Positions 61,486 to 64,000 of a DNA stretch of 64,000 nucleotides are shown here, piece by piece. The notes under the pieces are model-generated. The model was not told where the DNA came from and did no database searches. It saw only the letters and a list, made by a program, of their open reading frames with translations. Location of the stretch: contig CAVYNY010000008.1 in the NCBI GenBank assembly GCA_963769935.1, forward strand, positions 128,001 to 192,000, given 5' to 3'. The stretch is from an uncultured delta proteobacterium (GTDB taxonomy: Bacteria > Desulfobacterota > Desulfobacteria > Desulfobacterales > JAFDCJ01). Within the stretch, counting starts at the first letter, position 1, and every line of letters begins with the position of its first letter. A program made the position numbers and the translations under genes.

Positions 61486-62235
61486 TGCAACCCGTCCGCC
61501 CACGGGCTGGGGGGCAACCCCTGCAGCCGCGTGGGGGCGCTCTGTCGGGCCGGAGTCTCGAGTGTACGGGCCGACGACTTCCAGATCGCCGGATTCGAAC
61601 CGTTCTCCACGGTCGACTGGCCGGACAAGCTGGTCGCGTCCATCTTCGCGCAGGGTTGCCCGTGGCAGTGCGCCTACTGCCACAACCCGGAGTCGCAGGA
61701 CCCACTCGCACCCGGGGCGTCGTGTCATGGGCGACCGTGTGGCGCACCTGGCCGACCGCGTCGGCAAGCTGGACGGGGTGGTGTTCAGCGGCGGTGAGCC
61801 CACGCGTCAGCGGGCACTGCTCCCCGCCATGCAGGAGGCGAGGGCCCTCGGCTTCGGTGTGGGACTCCACGCGGCGGGCGCCTACCCGGGACGGCTCAAG
61901 CGGGGCGCTGCGCTACACCGACTGGCTGGGGCTCGACATCAAGGCCATGCCCGAGGGCTACGAGGACATCACCGGGAAGGCCGTCAGCGGGCGCGAAGGC
62001 ATGGGAGTCGCTCGCCATCGCGATCGAGTGGGGCGGCGACCTGGAGGTGCGGCTCACCGTGGACCCGACCACCACACGCGTGATTCCGTGTGGGCGTGGT
62101 GCGCCGCGTGGTCAGGCCATGGGCGGGCCGACGGCCGATGTTTCAGGAGGCCGGCCGGACGGCACGACGGAGGAGTACCAGCGCGCTCTCGGCCGTTTGA
62201 CGGTTGCGCGACGTGCTGACCGACCGAGGACCTGA
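61485..62235 (+). CDS. nrdG: Anaerobic RNR activating radical SAM protein (frameshifted)
   Basis: [37 protein letters not shown] and WLGLDIKA occur across frames. Confidence 0.85.
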
Positions 62236-62266
62236 GCGAACTGGTGATTCGCTAGGACGCGCGGTG

Positions 62267-63110
62267 TCAGCGAGTCGTGGGACATCTGGGCGAGACCGTC
62301 GGACACGCGCTGCCACACGCTCGGATGCGCGGTGAGGATTCCCGAGCCGTCTCGTCGCCCGGCAAGTACTCGCTGCCGTCAAAGCGCGCCGACCTGAGGC
62401 CCGCCTCTTGCGCGATGAGCGCGCCGGGTGCGTGGTCCCACGGCAAGGTGCGCGTGAAGGAGGTGTAGTCGGTAAGCCCCGTCGATGATGTCCAGGTAGT
62501 CCCAGCCGGCGCAGATTCTGATGGGCTTCGCCGGCCCAAGCGTCGCTGCCCGCTCCAGCAGCGCGTCGTCCGCGCCCTTGGGCGTGTAGACGGCGGAGAC
62601 GGCGCCGCGCAGCGCATCGGGCTGTGGGGGAGCGGGAGCCACGTGGCGGTTCGCCGTCGCGGAATGCGCCGACCCCGCGGGCGGCGTGGATCTCGCCGCC
62701 ATTGGTGGGATACGTGATCCAGGCGGCCTGGGTGCGGCCGCCGTCGATCAGCGCGATCATGCAGGCGAACGTCTCCTCGCCCGCGACAAAGTTGCGGGTG
62801 CCATCCACGGGGTCCACCACCCAGCAGGGCTTGCCGGTGCCGACCTCATCCAGGAGTGCGGGGTTGGCCGCGGTCGCCTCCTCGCCCACCACGGTGATGT
62901 CGAGCAGGTCGCGCAACGCGGCGGTGAGTCAGCTTCTCGGACTCGACATCGGCGTCGGTCACCAGGTCCCACTCGTGATCCTTGGTGCGGATCTCGTGCG
63001 CGGCAAGCGACCGCCAGCGCGGCAGGATCTCGGCGTCGGCGGCGCGCGTCATGGCCGCGAGGACCGCGTCGGAAAGGTCTTCGGTGATGGCGATCGGTGG
63101 GGAGAGTCAC
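62267..63110 (-). CDS. Inositol monophosphatase-family protein (frameshifted; ends approximate)
   Basis: DLVTDADVESE, GEE, WVVDPVDGTRNF and PWDHAPG occur across frames. Confidence 0.85.
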
Positions 63111-63260
63111 GCCCCCATCGTCTCAGGTCCGTCGGCGCGGCCGATGCGTCGGCCGCTTTCGATCGGCCGGGACCGGGGTAAGGAGGCGGTCATTTGCCAG
63201 CGTATGTATTCTGTGACGGACTCGACCCCGAAGCACACCCTCTCAAGAATTTAGGTTTTC

Positions 63261-64000
63261 ATGGCTCGCAAGCTCGTCATCGTGGAGTCCCCCACCAAGT
63301 CGCGCACCATCGGCGGCTACCTGGGCGACGACTATGACGTCGTCTCCAGCGTGGGCCACATCCGCGACCTTCCGCAGCCCAGCGAACTGCCCGCGGGCAA
63401 GCGCGAGGGCTCGATCGGCAAGTTCGCCGTGGACGTCGAGAACGGCTTCGACTCCTTACTATGTGGTGAGCCCGGAGAAGAAGAAGGTCGTCGCCGAGAT
63501 CAAGGCCAAGCTCAAGGACGCGTCCGAGGTCTACCTCGCCACCGATGAGGACCGCGAGGGAGAGGCCATCGCGTGGCACCTGCTCGAGGTGCTCAAGCCC
63601 AAGGTTCCCGTGAAGCGCCTCGCGTTCCACGAGATCACCAAAGAGGGCATCATGCGCGCCATGGAGTCGCCCCGCGAGGTCGACATGGAGCTGGTGGAGG
63701 CCCAAGAGGCCCGCCGCGTCCTCGACCGCCTCTACGGCTACGAGGTGTCGCCCGTGCTGTGGCGCAAGGTCGCCTCCGGACTGTCCGCCGGCCGCGTGCA
63801 GTCGATCGCGCTGCGCCTGGTCGTGGACCGCGAACGCGAGCGCATGGCCTTCCAGTCCGCCGAATACTGGGACCTCACCGCGACGTTCGCGGCCAAGGAC
63901 GGCGCCGATGCCGGGCGCACCTTCGGCGCCAAGCTCGTCTCGGTCGACGGCAAGCGCGTCGCGTCGGGCAAGGACTTCGACGACCGCGGGTCGCTGACGA
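63261..64000 (+). CDS. topA: DNA topoisomerase I, 5' part (frameshift near 63455; runs off window end)
   Basis: [53 protein letters not shown]. Confidence 0.95.

Noticed and set aside
61069..63971. Numerous long overlapping ORFs in the last 3 kb
   Set aside because: They are expected from stop-codon scarcity in very high-GC DNA; the real genes are identifiable by motifs in other frames.
61156..64000. Horizontal transfer of an nrdD-nrdG-topA block
   Set aside because: The adapter-like sequence at the junction, the mid-gene start and the core-gene content point to a chimeric read or contig.

Overview
Bases 1 to about 61155 look like one moderate-GC bacterial chromosome segment; gene content suggests a Desulfobacterales-type deltaproteobacterium (inference). 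Bases 1-13.6 kb hold housekeeping genes: an acyltransferase, NIL-ferredoxin, mnmA, mtaB, cyclophilin, tRNA-Leu(CAG), ribF, def, fmt, rsmB, a PASTA protein, rpe and a rhodanese. Bases ~17-59 kb hold a minus-strand surface-glycan locus: glycosyltransferases, two initiating transferases, two flippases, three ligase/polymerase-like genes, AsnB, a PglF-like dehydratase, a transketolase pair, two DegT aminotransferases, methyltransferases, wecB and wzz. Three things interrupt or flank it: a toxin-antitoxin pair bracketed by a 613-bp direct duplication, a nest of IS elements, and many short periodic or palindromic intergenic repeats. The strongest candidate for an undescribed system is a tandem array of ~215-248-bp structured repeats at 59.25-61.15 kb. 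It carries a DUF433 gene and a GxxExxY nuclease-family gene as cassette-like inserts, and has dispersed copies at 21.6 and 30.9 kb. At ~61164 a degenerate Oxford Nanopore adapter-like sequence joins this DNA to unrelated very high-GC, actinobacterial-like DNA (nrdD end, nrdG, inositol monophosphatase, topA), so the last 2.8 kb is most likely a chimeric artefact. The many single-base frameshifts are probably sequencing errors. All calls come from reading motifs by eye; no database searches were run.
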